From the NCBI GenBank assembly GCA_965200475.1, contig CBDAUL010000010.1, positions 580,118 through 644,117 on the forward strand: a stretch of 64,000 bases of DNA, given 5' to 3'. The first letter of the stretch is position 1; the number at the start of each line of letters is the position of its first letter. Source of the DNA: Vicinamibacterales bacterium. Its GTDB lineage: Bacteria; Acidobacteriota; Vicinamibacteria; Vicinamibacterales; UBA8438. Position numbers and translations under genes: made by a program. The notes below the pieces were generated by a model. It saw only the letters and a program-made list of their open reading frames with translations. It ran no database searches and had not been told where the DNA came from. Positions 17,900 through 27,308 of the stretch are shown here, piece after piece.

Positions 17900-18418
17900 T
17901 GATCGCCCATCTTCGGGACCGGTCGGATGCTCTCGTCCGGTCCGGCTGGACTCGCCGGGAAGCCGAGTGGCTGTCGCTGGTCTGCCTCCACAGCGGCGTG
18001 TTCCTCCGCTCGCAGTACCTCGCCTTCATCGGCCGGACCAATCCGGCGCTCGCGAACCGCTTCGTCCGCCGGTGCCGCAAGCACGCCGTCGAACAGCCGT
18101 GGAACGGCTCCCGGCTCCGCATCTGCCGGATCGCGGCCCGGCACATCTACTGAGCCGTCGGCGCGGAGCGCGTTCGGCATCGCCGGCCGGCTGCGCCGGG
18201 GGTGGTGCTGCGGCGTCTGCTGTCGCTCGACTACGTACTCGAACACCCGCACGCCGCGTAGCTCCCGACCCAGGACGAGAAGGTGAACGCGCTGACCGCG
18301 GCGGGGATCGCCACGGAGTTGCCGCGCCGGCTCTACCAGGGCCGCGGTCCGGGCGTAGTACCGCTACTTTCCCCACAAGCTGCCCATCTCGCTCGACGGC
18401 GTGCGGGCGACGTTCCTG
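17899..18418 (+). pseudogene. Decayed copy of the island wHTH (replication-relaxation-like) gene
   Basis: The first 84 codons match 31094-onward. There is a premature TGA at 18151 and a TAG near 18259 where the intact copy has sense codons. Homology breaks at 18419. Confidence 0.6.
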
Positions 18419-18436
18419 TGGGTACAGGGAGAAGTT

Positions 18437-18517
18437 GGGAGCGACCCACCGCAAAACTGCCGTCTTACGGACCCGGCAGGTGTTCCTCCGTCACACCTGC
18501 CGCGCCGGGTCGCTCCC
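18437..18517. other. 81-nt three-way-junction element, copy 1 (ncRNA or DNA site, function unknown)
   Basis: Outer stem GGGAGCGACCC/GGGTCGCTCCC. Inner hairpin CGGCAGGTGT-tcctccgtc-ACACCTGCCG. A second, weaker hairpin at 18449-18473. Confidence 0.4.
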
Positions 18518-18840
18518 CTCGAAATCTTCCTTGCAGGAAGGCCAGGACCGACCCGTGGCGCTCGCTTGCACGCGAGGCCGGCAGCGCTGACCACGACAAC
18601 ATCAGCGCTCGCTCGCCTGACCGTCATCGCGTGCGACTGCTTCGACCGTCCCATGGGCCGAACGGCGGCTAGTAGCCTAGCAGACCGCCGCCAGCCGTTC
18701 GCGGAACATGACAGCATCAAGCCGCCCGAACCCGTCGCCGCAGTGACGGCACCCGCCCCGCACGCCGCCTCGATCCGAACCCCGGCCCGAACCAAACGGC
18801 CGTGCCACACAGCACCGCTCAACTTCCGGCCAAAAGGTCA

Positions 18841-19407
18841 TCAGCAAGCAGGTTCGTTCACGCGGAGGTACTCCGTCAGGAATTCATCGAGCACTTTCGA
18901 GATGACACCACTACCACCTCCACGCCAGAACCTTTCGAGCGTGAACAAGGACGCGAAACCCCACTGTCCGGTAAAGGCGTCGTACACTCGCTTGTCGAAC
19001 GTAAGCGAAACCTCGTTGAGGATATTTTCCGGCCGCACACCAGGTGCGGGGGGTACAGACATCACAAGAACGGACAGCGTAAAAGCCGCTTCAGGGTCGT
19101 AGAGCCGCGCAATTCTCAACCTCGATTCCACCAAGTTTGACACGTCGCCGAAGGCATCGCCGGCCAGAACGATTGGCCACATTGACGCGCACCCTGTCCA
19201 TAGCTTGAAACACGCCAGTTCGCCGTGCGTCTCGATGCACTCTGCCGCCCCGCTACGGGCTGTCAGTCCGTCGACTCGCACCAACTCCCGCGCCTGCTCC
19301 GCAAGCGTCGGCTGCTCGGGTGTCGTCACATCTTGCGCCGTGGCGTAGCCCGGCCCGCCGGCGAGCAGCAACGCTGCCACCAGCGCCCCGACGGCCGGCG
19401 CACTCAT
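18841..19407 (-). CDS. Hypothetical secreted protein
   Basis: Start MSAPAVGALVAALLLAGGPGYATAQ (signal peptide). Lower-GC cargo. ATGA overlap with the upstream small ORF. Confidence 0.5.
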   Translation of the reverse strand: MSAPAVGALVAALLLAGGPGYATAQDVTTPEQPTLAEQARELVRVDGLTARSGAAECIETHGELACFKLWTGCASMWPIVLAGDAFGDVSNLVESRLRIARLYDPEAAFTLSVLVMSVPPAPGVRPENILNEVSLTFDKRVYDAFTGQWGFASLFTLERFWRGGGSGVISKVLDEFLTEYLRVNEPAC

Positions 19408-19556
19408 GACGCCCCGCTTGACCGCAGCGCCACTTGGAACACCGCCGCTAGCGTGACGACCTGAATCGCGATCACTGTTTCGACCATCCACCGCAGGATT
19501 CTGACTTCGCCGCTGAGGCCGTCCACATCGGCTACAGTACCCGCCGCCGTCTCCAT
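19404..19556 (-). CDS. Small membrane protein (50 aa)
   Basis: METAAGTVADVDGLSGEVRILRWMVETVIAIQVVTLAAVFQVAL, preceded by a purine-rich RBS. Confidence 0.3.
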   Translation of the reverse strand: METAAGTVADVDGLSGEVRILRWMVETVIAIQVVTLAAVFQVALRSSGAS

Positions 19557-19715
19557 TTCCTCAGGCACCCGCCCTCCCCCCTCTTCATTGCTGGTTCGAG
19601 TTGCGGTGATGGCTTCAAATCCCGTCGGTCCCCTGTGTCCGGTAGCACTGCGTCCCCGCCACGGCGGGACAGTTTCGTCCCTGCCCTTCAGCCTGGGCGC
19701 AGCCACGTCGCTTCG

Positions 19716-20360
19716 TTACTGTGGATCCCATACCGCCTCAAGCATTTCACGCGTGGAACGTACAGGCGCGGCGTTCTCGAACTCTTTGGTTGCCCATTCC
19801 ACGAGCACGTTGGGAAAGTTCGGGAGTCTTTTGACGTCCGAGTTGCCGGGCGGACTCCAGCACCAGCCGATGGGGACGTACGGTGCAGTCTGCGCGGTGG
19901 TGTATCTGTAGCCCGGACCCCTTTGGACCCAAGCCAGCATTTCCTCAAAGTCGGCGATCGTGCCGTATATCGAAGCGAAGTCGTCGTAGCCGCGCTGGCA
20001 TTCGCCGTAGATTAACCGGATTGTTTCCTGGGCGGTTCTGTCCAGCTTCTGGAATACCCCTCGGGCATTGTGACCTAGCCTTTTGAACTCGCACTCGATC
20101 GCTCGCCGCTCGCGCGTGTCACCCTGCCGCATGAAGTCGCAAGCGAGGCAGTGTTTCAAGATCAACTCAATCACGGTAGCAGCATCGTCTATCAGTCCCA
20201 CTGGAGACGAGTAGTCCGCGAAGTCCGCAAACGTAAGCACGGGCAACTGGCCAGCGCGGGCGGCAGCTATGGCGTTGGCCTTCGCTTTCGCAGCCTCCAA
20301 CAACTCCCTGGCGAACTGTTCGGCACCCGACATGCGGCTGTGGGACATGGGAGAAAACAT
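19716..20360 (-). CDS. Hypothetical protein (214 aa), no recognisable domain
   Basis: Long ORF in a lower-GC region with normal-looking composition. Confidence 0.5.
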   Translation of the reverse strand: MFSPMSHSRMSGAEQFARELLEAAKAKANAIAAARAGQLPVLTFADFADYSSPVGLIDDAATVIELILKHCLACDFMRQGDTRERRAIECEFKRLGHNARGVFQKLDRTAQETIRLIYGECQRGYDDFASIYGTIADFEEMLAWVQRGPGYRYTTAQTAPYVPIGWCWSPPGNSDVKRLPNFPNVLVEWATKEFENAAPVRSTREMLEAVWDPQ

Positions 20361-20408
20361 CCAGCATCAACGAGCATCGTCGCGACACCCAGCACGTTGC
20401 GCGGACGT

Positions 20409-20747
20409 TCAGGCGGCGTTCGGGCTCCTGCGGGTGTTCATGAAGGTCGAGAGTGTTCCCTCGAGGGTACCGGTCCGGTCCCGGAGGTCAGCGATGTCGC
20501 GGCTGACCGTGTCGATCCGCTTGTTCGTGTCGTCGAGCCGCGTCTGGAGGTGCTCCAGACGGTTGGTAACAGTGTCGAGCCGCTGGTTTACGCCCTGGAA
20601 TTGCTGCGTGACACCGTCGAACTGGCGGTTCATCGCGTCGAACTGCCGGTTCATGCCGGTCCAGAGCATCCTTGTCATCAGGCCAGCGAGCCCGATAATC
20701 GCGATCCCGGTGCCGACAATCGACGTGACGATCGGTGCCGTTTCCAT
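20409..20747 (-). CDS. N-terminally membrane-anchored heptad-repeat protein (island 1 copy)
   Basis: TM IVTSIVGTGIAIIGLAGLM, then about ten consecutive heptads NRQFDAM NRQFDGV TQQFQGV NQRLDTV TNRLEHL QTRLDDT NKRIDTV SRDIADL. Confidence 0.5.
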   Translation of the reverse strand: METAPIVTSIVGTGIAIIGLAGLMTRMLWTGMNRQFDAMNRQFDGVTQQFQGVNQRLDTVTNRLEHLQTRLDDTNKRIDTVSRDIADLRDRTGTLEGTLSTFMNTRRSPNAA

Positions 20748-20911
20748 CGTTCGATCTCCAGGATACCACACGTTCGCGCGGGCGGTCTTGGTGCTGTCCC
20801 GTTCGCCAATGCGTCGCCGTTGCGGGCTGTCTTGCGCGCCCTGCCGACCCGTAGGTGTGGGGCGCCCGTCGGTGAACCTGTTCGTCCTGCTCGCCCCGTC
20901 TGCGGCTGGCC

Positions 20912-21070
20912 ATGAATTCAGCCCTGCTTCTTCTACGGCAGCCTACACCAAACCTATCGCACCTCGCCGACGACTTTCCCGGTCATGCAGCGCCTTGCCA
21001 ATCTTTACGTAGTGTGGAGCCGACCGCCACAGTGTACCGGTCCAGAGACACGGAATTTAGTTCGCCCTAC
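20912..21070 (+). pseudogene. Putative 5' segment of an IS-disrupted ~662-codon cargo gene
   Basis: Joins in frame with 23848 once the IS1182-like element and one CTAC copy are removed (..EFSSPY|VWNKPELF..). The start codon is uncertain. Confidence 0.35.
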
Positions 21071-21108
21071 CAGCCCGAGGTAGAAGTCGGTTCGCCGAGC
21101 CCTGCTGT

Positions 21109-21336
21109 TCAGGCCGCTTGGCGATGAGTAATTGAGCCGACGGGCGCCGGCGGTGTCCATTTGAGGCCCCAGGGACGCGTCAGACGCCCCCAGTGGTCGA
21201 TCAGGCGGTCGATCAGGCGGAAAATCGCCGAAAAAGCCCGCCCCTGCAGGCTCCGGGGCGTACCGATGCCGGTCTGGCGCCGCAGGAGCATCCCGATGTT
21301 GCAGGCAGCCGCCTGGATCAGCACCCGCTTGCGGAC
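21109..21336 (-). pseudogene. IS1182-family transposase, C-terminal fragment
   Basis: VRKRVLIQAAACNIGMLLRRQTGIGTPRSLQGR continues the N-terminal fragment, which ends ..GHENVRK. Confidence 0.7.
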
Positions 21337-22606
21337 CACTGCTGTCCCACGGGATTTCTAATTTAGGCGGCTTGAACCTTCTATGTCTGTTAGAATGGTT
21401 TTGCCACAAATCATTCAAAACACAGGAGATCCAAGCCGTGGCCCATCATAACACAGTCTTCGGGCAGTTTCTCGCGTTGCTTCCGCGACATGAATTCGAC
21501 GCCGAGTCGCGCGAGCATCAGCGCGGCCAGCGCCTGCGGGTGATGAGCCGCTGGGCGCAGTTCGTCGCGCTCGGGCTGGGCCAGGTGACGGGCCGGCAGA
21601 GCCTGCGCGACATCGTGGCCAACCTGCAGGTCCAATCCAGCAAGCTCTATCACCTGGGCGTGCGGACCGTCAGTCGTTCCTCGTTGGCACGGGTCAACGC
21701 CGAGCAGCCGTATACGCTCTACGAGGCGGTGTTCTCCCGTCTGCTGAGCCGCTGTCAGCAGCAGGCGCCGGGCCACCGCTTCCGCTTCAAGCACAAGCTG
21801 TATGCGGTCGATGCATCGACTATCGACCTGTGCCTGGCCCTCTTCCCGTGGGCCACGTTTCGCCGCACGAAAGCCGCGGTCAAGCTGCATGTCGGGCTCG
21901 ACCAGGCGGGCCAGTTGCCGAGCTTCGTCAGCCTCACCGAAGGCAAGCGCGGCGACGTGACCGTCGCCCGCACGTGGCGGTTTCCGGCCGGCAGCGTGGT
22001 CGTGGCCGACCGTGCGTATCTCGATTTCAAGTGGCTGCATCAATTGCAGACCCGTTCGGTGACGTTCGTCACCCGCCTCAAGCGGGGCGTGCGCTACCGG
22101 GTCACCCACGAGCACGACTTTCGGCCGGAGACCGGCGTGCTCGCCGACCAGCGGATCGAACTGACGAGCGCCCGCAGCGGCAAGGCCTACCCCGACCCGT
22201 TGCGCCGGGTGGTCTACCGCGACCCGCAGACGAAGAACCGCTACGTGTTCGTGACCAACAACACCACCTGGGTCGCCAAGACGATCGCCGACATCTACAA
22301 GTCTCGCTGGCAGATCGAGCTGTTCTTCAAGTGGATCAAGCAGCATCTGAAGGTCAAGCGCTTCATCGGCCGGTCGAAGAACGCCGTCTGGACCCAACTG
22401 TGGATCGCCACCTGCATGTACTTGCTGCTGGCCTATCTCAAATTCGTCCTGCGGCTGCGCTGGAGCCTCAATCAGATGCTCCAGGTGCTGCAGCTCAACA
22501 TCTTCGAACGTCGACCACTACACGAACTGTTCACCACACACGCGCCGCCAGACCCCGACCGTCCGCAACTGGCACTCGCGTGGACCTGAAACTGTGGGAC
22601 ACTAGT
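21337..22606 (+). mobile_element. IS4-family insertion sequence nested in the IS1182 transposase gene
   Basis: Flanked by the 10-bp direct repeat GCTTGCGGAC (21327-21336 and 22607-22616). Ends share TGTCCCAC in inverted orientation. Confidence 0.8.
21438..22589 (+). CDS. IS4-family DDE transposase (DUF4372-type N-terminus)
   Basis: GTG start after AGGAG. VAHHNTVFGQFLALLPRHEF..., DDE region LYAVDASTIDL ... VVADRAYLDF ... YKSRWQIELFFKWIKQHL. Confidence 0.85.
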   Translation: MAHHNTVFGQFLALLPRHEFDAESREHQRGQRLRVMSRWAQFVALGLGQVTGRQSLRDIVANLQVQSSKLYHLGVRTVSRSSLARVNAEQPYTLYEAVFSRLLSRCQQQAPGHRFRFKHKLYAVDASTIDLCLALFPWATFRRTKAAVKLHVGLDQAGQLPSFVSLTEGKRGDVTVARTWRFPAGSVVVADRAYLDFKWLHQLQTRSVTFVTRLKRGVRYRVTHEHDFRPETGVLADQRIELTSARSGKAYPDPLRRVVYRDPQTKNRYVFVTNNTTWVAKTIADIYKSRWQIELFFKWIKQHLKVKRFIGRSKNAVWTQLWIATCMYLLLAYLKFVLRLRWSLNQMLQVLQLNIFERRPLHELFTTHAPPDPDRPQLALAWT

Positions 22607-23774
22607 GCTTGCGGACATTCTCGTGACCGCGCACAAACACCCGACGCATGCCCCCCGTCTCATACATGTGCGCGAAAGTACGCTCCACCATCTCGCCCCG
22701 GCAGCGTTGCAGGCGACGACCCCGCCGCCCGTGCACACGCCGCCGGTTCGCATACAACGCCTGCTGCGCAGCACGCTTCGCCGGCGGCGTCTCTCCCGTC
22801 TTCTTGTCCTGCCAGACGCGCCGGCCGCGCTCGGGCTCCGATACGTAGCTCCGAACCCCGACCTCGCCGAGAGCCACCAGCGTCTCGTCGCTGTGATACC
22901 CCTTGTCAGCGACCAGCTCTTCGACCCCTCGACCGTCCGGCTGCACCAACTCCACCTGCTCGGCCGCCGCGGTCAGCGTCTCCGGCAGCGTGGCCGTATC
23001 GCCGTCCGATGCATCCTGCACCGTCACCGACACGATGGCCCCCGTCTCCATGTCGACCCCGTGCTCGACCTTGTGAGCCAAGTGCGTCCGGCCGTCCTTC
23101 ATCTTCGCGATCTTCGCGTCCGGGTCCTGCGGCGATTGCCAGTCCTTGTTCGACGTCTTCTTGTTCTTGCGAGACCGGTCGAACCGAGCCAGATCCGCCC
23201 GCGTCGGGGTCTCCACCCCAGACGCCTCCGCCAAGCGCCGAAGGAACGCTTCGTAGCTTTCTCCCGTGTCCCGCCGCTCGATGCTCCGCATCGCCGCGTT
23301 CGCTTCCAGCGTCGTCGCATCGACGCCCACCGTCTTCCCCTTGACCAGACCCGCCGCCGACAACTGCTCGAGAACCCACGTGAATACCGCCTCGTGCGTC
23401 TCGTCGTCGATCAGACGACGCGTCCGCGACAGCGTCGAGTGGTCCGGCGCCGCCTCGGTCACATCCAGGTCCAGGAACGACCGCAGGCTCAGAGAGTCGG
23501 CCACCCGCCACGCAATCCCACGCTCCGAAGACAGACCCTCGAAGTAGCCGATGAACAGCATCCGGAAATACCGCCCAGGACGCAGGCTCGGCCGCCCCAT
23601 CCGCGTCGCGTAGAACACCGCGCACAGCCCCTCGACGAACGCGTCGAACCCGGCCTCGTCCAGAACCCGGTTCAGACGCTCGAAGAACGGATGCCCCGCG
23701 TTCGTCGGCAAATCCGCCGTCGTCACCCACAGCGGCGCCCCTGGTCGCGCGGCCGGTTTCTTGCCCATCGCCAT
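22602..23774 (-). pseudogene. IS1182-family transposase, N-terminal fragment (native sequence ends at 22617)
   Basis: MAMGKKPAARPGAPLWVTTADLPTNAGHPFFERLNRVLDEAGFDAFVE..., DDE region VGVDATTLEANAA ... LVADKGYHS. The reading frame runs into the nested IS4 element. Confidence 0.8.
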
Positions 23775-23843
23775 AGCTGTTCAGTCTACGGGCTCGATCG
23801 CGCCCAGGCCAGGCCCGTTCCCCGACTTTCACCACGGGCTGCT

Positions 23844-25043
23844 CTACGTGTGGAACAAGCCGGAGCTGTTCTCCGCTGTCGAAGCCGCAGAGCGAATTCT
23901 CGTACTCCCAGACGAGGTGTTCTGGCGGTCCGACCAGCAGAGAGAGCTAATGTTCCTGCTGAGTGGCCGGTGGGCCGGTTTTTCCGCCGAGGGGCGTGAC
24001 GCCGTCGGTCGACGAATCCTCGACGGTCCTCCAAGACGCGCAGACGAGGATGAAGACGAAGCTGCGTATGCGGCTCGTCGACGGGCCGCCGCGATACGTT
24101 TCGGGTGGCTCGTGCAGGCCGGGTGTGGCTTTTCGGACGGTCTGGTGGCGGAGTGGACGGTATTGAAGAGCGGTTTCGTCGATTGGCAAGATAGCTGGAT
24201 CGTCGGCGCTGTGGCAGCTAGCGAAGTTGTCGTCAGCTCGGTGAGAACGGACGAGGACGCTTCCGTGCTGGACGGCGTGCCGATCGCGCGGATCGCAAAG
24301 GTGGCGCTGACCCATTCTGGACGCGCGTGGGATTCTTCCGTCGAGAAGAGGCCGTTCAATGGACTGGTGAAGTGTCATCCAGTCCGGGCCGTCTTGGCGC
24401 TTGCTGCTGCGGCTCGCTGCGGAAAGTACCCGGAGATTCTCTGGAACGCAGTCATCCGCGACTGGCCAGACAACGCGCCGCGCCGCGCGACCAGAGCGCT
24501 GCACGGCCGCCTGCGGCGGCTCCCGCCGGAGAGGGTATTCGCGATGCGCGGAACCGTCGCCGACTGGCTGGAAAGGCGGTTTCCGAAGGTAGCCGTCGAC
24601 GACAGGGTCCTTGCCTACGAGATCTTCGACCACGTCGTCGAGTGCCTTCCGGGCGTGGGCTCAGCGGAGACGCACAGCTCTTCAGGCGAACCGCCGATTC
24701 ACGGGACACGGGTTCAGGCGTCGCGCCGGACCTATGGGCATGCGATCAACGGGCCGACCGGCAAGGCCACGAAGGGGCTTCTGAAGGTACTTGCTGACAG
24801 CAATCTCGGCGAGAGCATGGGACTTCCGGAGGATTTCAAGACCCGAGTGAACCGGCTCTTGGCTGTCCCTGGCGAGGGGTCGGATCATGCCGTCTGCGTC
24901 CTGAGCAATCGAATTGGCCGGCTGAATCACGTTGACTCCGAGTGGGTGTCCGCGAAGATGATCCCGTGGTTTCGGCTGGATCGGCGTCGGAGTGAACCAG
25001 CTTGGAGTGGAATTCTGGAGAATCGCTGGCAGAGTGTCCAGGC
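23844..25043 (+). pseudogene. Middle segment of the IS-disrupted cargo gene
   Basis: Frame of track ORF 23761. The real sequence begins after the IS1182 end and is cut at the IS21 target site. Confidence 0.6.
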
Positions 25044-25429
25044 TGTCGGCGAGCGCGAAAAACTGACGGATTCTCGAGGCCTGTTCGGGCATGCGTGCCG
25101 TCGGCCGTGTTCGTCGATGTCTTGAGGAAGAAGAGGATGATGGCTGTGGTCGCTGTGCGAAACCGCGTCTGCGCGGTTTTGCAAACTGCTGTGGGCGCGG
25201 CTGTTTGCGTCCACAGCAGTGGCGGCGTCCACAGCCTCCGGGCAGGCGTGGCGGGCGGCGGCTCGTTGGGGTAGCGTTGACGGCGGACTCAGACGTGGGG
25301 TGAGGGCCCGGCAGAGCCACCGGACCCTCGTGACCGCCCCGTGCTCCGACAGAGCGAGCCGGTCGGTGCAGTTGTGCCACGGTTCGACCGCGTTGTCCAG
25401 TCGGAGACCGCCCCGCGCGCTCCGACGCC

Positions 25430-25903
25430 GTGGACGTCCCGCTTCGCCAGAAGACCTGCCGACACTGCAGCCGCCTGTTTGCGATCTGCGCGACGTGTGA
25501 TCGCGGCCATGCCTACTGCACGCCGTCGTGCCGAGCGATTGGCCGCCGCCGCTCGGTGCGGGCCGCCCGGGCCCGGCATCAGCGCAGCCTCGAAGGGCGC
25601 CTCGACCACCGCGACCGCCAGCGTGCCTATCGCCGCCGCGTGACGGATCAGGGTTCCGCCGCCCCCCGGCCATCGACCAGACTCCCCGTCGCGGACCTCG
25701 CCCCGGTTCGGGCGCCCGCGGCCACCCGTTGCGTGGTCTGCGGGCGGTCGAGCCGGTGGCTGCTCCCGATGCGCGAGCCTCGCGCGAATCGGAGGAGGAG
25801 CGACGATGATCACACCCGCGCAGCGCGCCGAGATCCGGCGCTTGTACTACGGCGAGCACTGGAAGATCGGGACCATCGCGGCCCAGCTCGGCCTCCACCG
25901 TGA
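25430..25903 (+). CDS. Zinc-ribbon protein inside the IS21-like element (passenger/accessory ORF), extent uncertain
   Basis: Cys pairs CRHC, CATC, CTPSC, CVVC. Arg-rich. The 3' end overlaps the istA start by about 98 nt, so the true stop or frame is doubtful. Confidence 0.35.
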   Translation: MDVPLRQKTCRHCSRLFAICATCDRGHAYCTPSCRAIGRRRSVRAARARHQRSLEGRLDHRDRQRAYRRRVTDQGSAAPRPSTRLPVADLAPVRAPAATRCVVCGRSSRWLLPMREPRANRRRSDDDHTRAARRDPALVLRRALEDRDHRGPARPPP

Positions 25904-27308
25904 GACCGTTCGCGCCGCGGTCGAGCGCGAGACGCCAGGCGTCCCCCCCAGCGTGTGTCGGCCCAGCATCCTCGACCCGTACCTGCCGTTCATCCGCGAC
26001 ACGCTGACGCAGTACCCGCGGCTGCGCGCCACGCGCATCCACGAGATGCTCCGCCAGCGCGGCTATGCCGGCTCGGTCTTCCCCGTCCGCAAACTCGTGC
26101 GGCGCCTGCGGCCCGAAACCTCCCGCGCCGTCTACCGCCGCGTGGTCACCCTGGCCGGCGAGTCCGCGCAGGTCGACTGGGGCTCGTTCGGCAAGGTCCG
26201 CATCGGACAGGGCACCCGCACCGTCTCCGGATTCGTCATGGTCCTCGGCTACTCGCGCGCGTTGGCCGCGCTGTTCACCCTCGACCAGACGCTCGAGAGC
26301 TTCCTCCGCGGGCACGTCGCCGCCTTCGAGGCGCTTGGAGGCGCCGCCCGCAATCTCGTCTACGACAACCTGCGCAGCGCTGTGCTCGACCGCCGCGGCG
26401 CCGCCGTCCAGTTTCATCCCCGCCTGCTCGAACTCGCCGGGCACTACCACTTCGCCCCCCGGCCCTGTACGCCGGGACGGGGAAATGAGAAGGGAAAAAT
26501 CGAACGCCAGATCCAATACCTGCGCCACGCCTACTTCGCCGCCCGGCCCTTCCGCGACCTCGACGACATCAACGCCCAGTTCCGACGCTGGCGTGACGAG
26601 GTCGCCCACCGCCGACGCCATCCCGACCAGCCCCATCGCCGGGTTGCCGAGGTCTGGGCCGAAGAAAAGCCCCGCCTACTGCCGCTGCCCGCCAATCGCT
26701 TCGAGACCGACCTGATGCGCGCCGTCCGCTCCGGCAAGACGCCCTACGTCCGCTTCGACCGCAATCTCTACTCGATTCCTCACACCCACGTCCGCAAGCC
26801 GCTCACCCTGCTCGCCTCAGCCACCCGCATCCGCATCCTCGACGGACAGACCGAGCTGGCCAGCCATCGCCGCACCTACGACACCGGACTGACCGTCGAG
26901 GACCCCGCCCATCTCGACGGCCTGCTTGCCGCCACCCGCCAAGCCAACGCCCACACCACCCGTGACCGCCTCCGCGCCGCCGTCCCCGCCACCGCCACGC
27001 TCTTCGAGCGCCTCGCCGAGCGCCAAGACGCCCTCCGCCCGCACGCCACCCGGCTAGTCGCCCTGCTCGACGATTACGGACCCGACGAGCTGGCCGCCGC
27101 CGTCCACATCGCCCTCGAACGCGATGCCCTCGGCGCCGGCTCGATCACCCACATCCTCGAAACCCGACGCCGACAGCGCGGACTCAAACCCCCGCTCCGC
27201 CTCACCCTGCCCGACCGACCCGGACTGCGTGACCTCGACGTCCGGCCGCACGACCTGGAGACCTACGATGCCCTCGGACAGAAAAACCCTGACGACGCTG
27301 GCGACTGA
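25806..27308 (+). CDS. istA: IS21-family transposase IstA
   Basis: 500 aa. N-terminal HTH, DDE region AQVDWGSF...VMVLGYSR...VYDNLRSAV...GNEKGKIER. Confidence 0.9.
   Translation: MITPAQRAEIRRLYYGEHWKIGTIAAQLGLHRETVRAAVERETPGVPPSVCRPSILDPYLPFIRDTLTQYPRLRATRIHEMLRQRGYAGSVFPVRKLVRRLRPETSRAVYRRVVTLAGESAQVDWGSFGKVRIGQGTRTVSGFVMVLGYSRALAALFTLDQTLESFLRGHVAAFEALGGAARNLVYDNLRSAVLDRRGAAVQFHPRLLELAGHYHFAPRPCTPGRGNEKGKIERQIQYLRHAYFAARPFRDLDDINAQFRRWRDEVAHRRRHPDQPHRRVAEVWAEEKPRLLPLPANRFETDLMRAVRSGKTPYVRFDRNLYSIPHTHVRKPLTLLASATRIRILDGQTELASHRRTYDTGLTVEDPAHLDGLLAATRQANAHTTRDRLRAAVPATATLFERLAERQDALRPHATRLVALLDDYGPDELAAAVHIALERDALGAGSITHILETRRRQRGLKPPLRLTLPDRPGLRDLDVRPHDLETYDALGQKNPDDAGD

Larger units (their letters stand above)
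21071..23843 (-). mobile_element. IS1182-family-like insertion sequence (itself interrupted by an IS4-family element)
   Basis: Imperfect terminal inverted repeats AGCCCGAGGTAGAAGTCGG (21072-21090) and the reverse complement of CCGACTTTCACCACGGGCT (23822-23840), 16/19 identical. CTAC is found on both flanks (21067-21070, 23844-23847). Confidence 0.6.
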
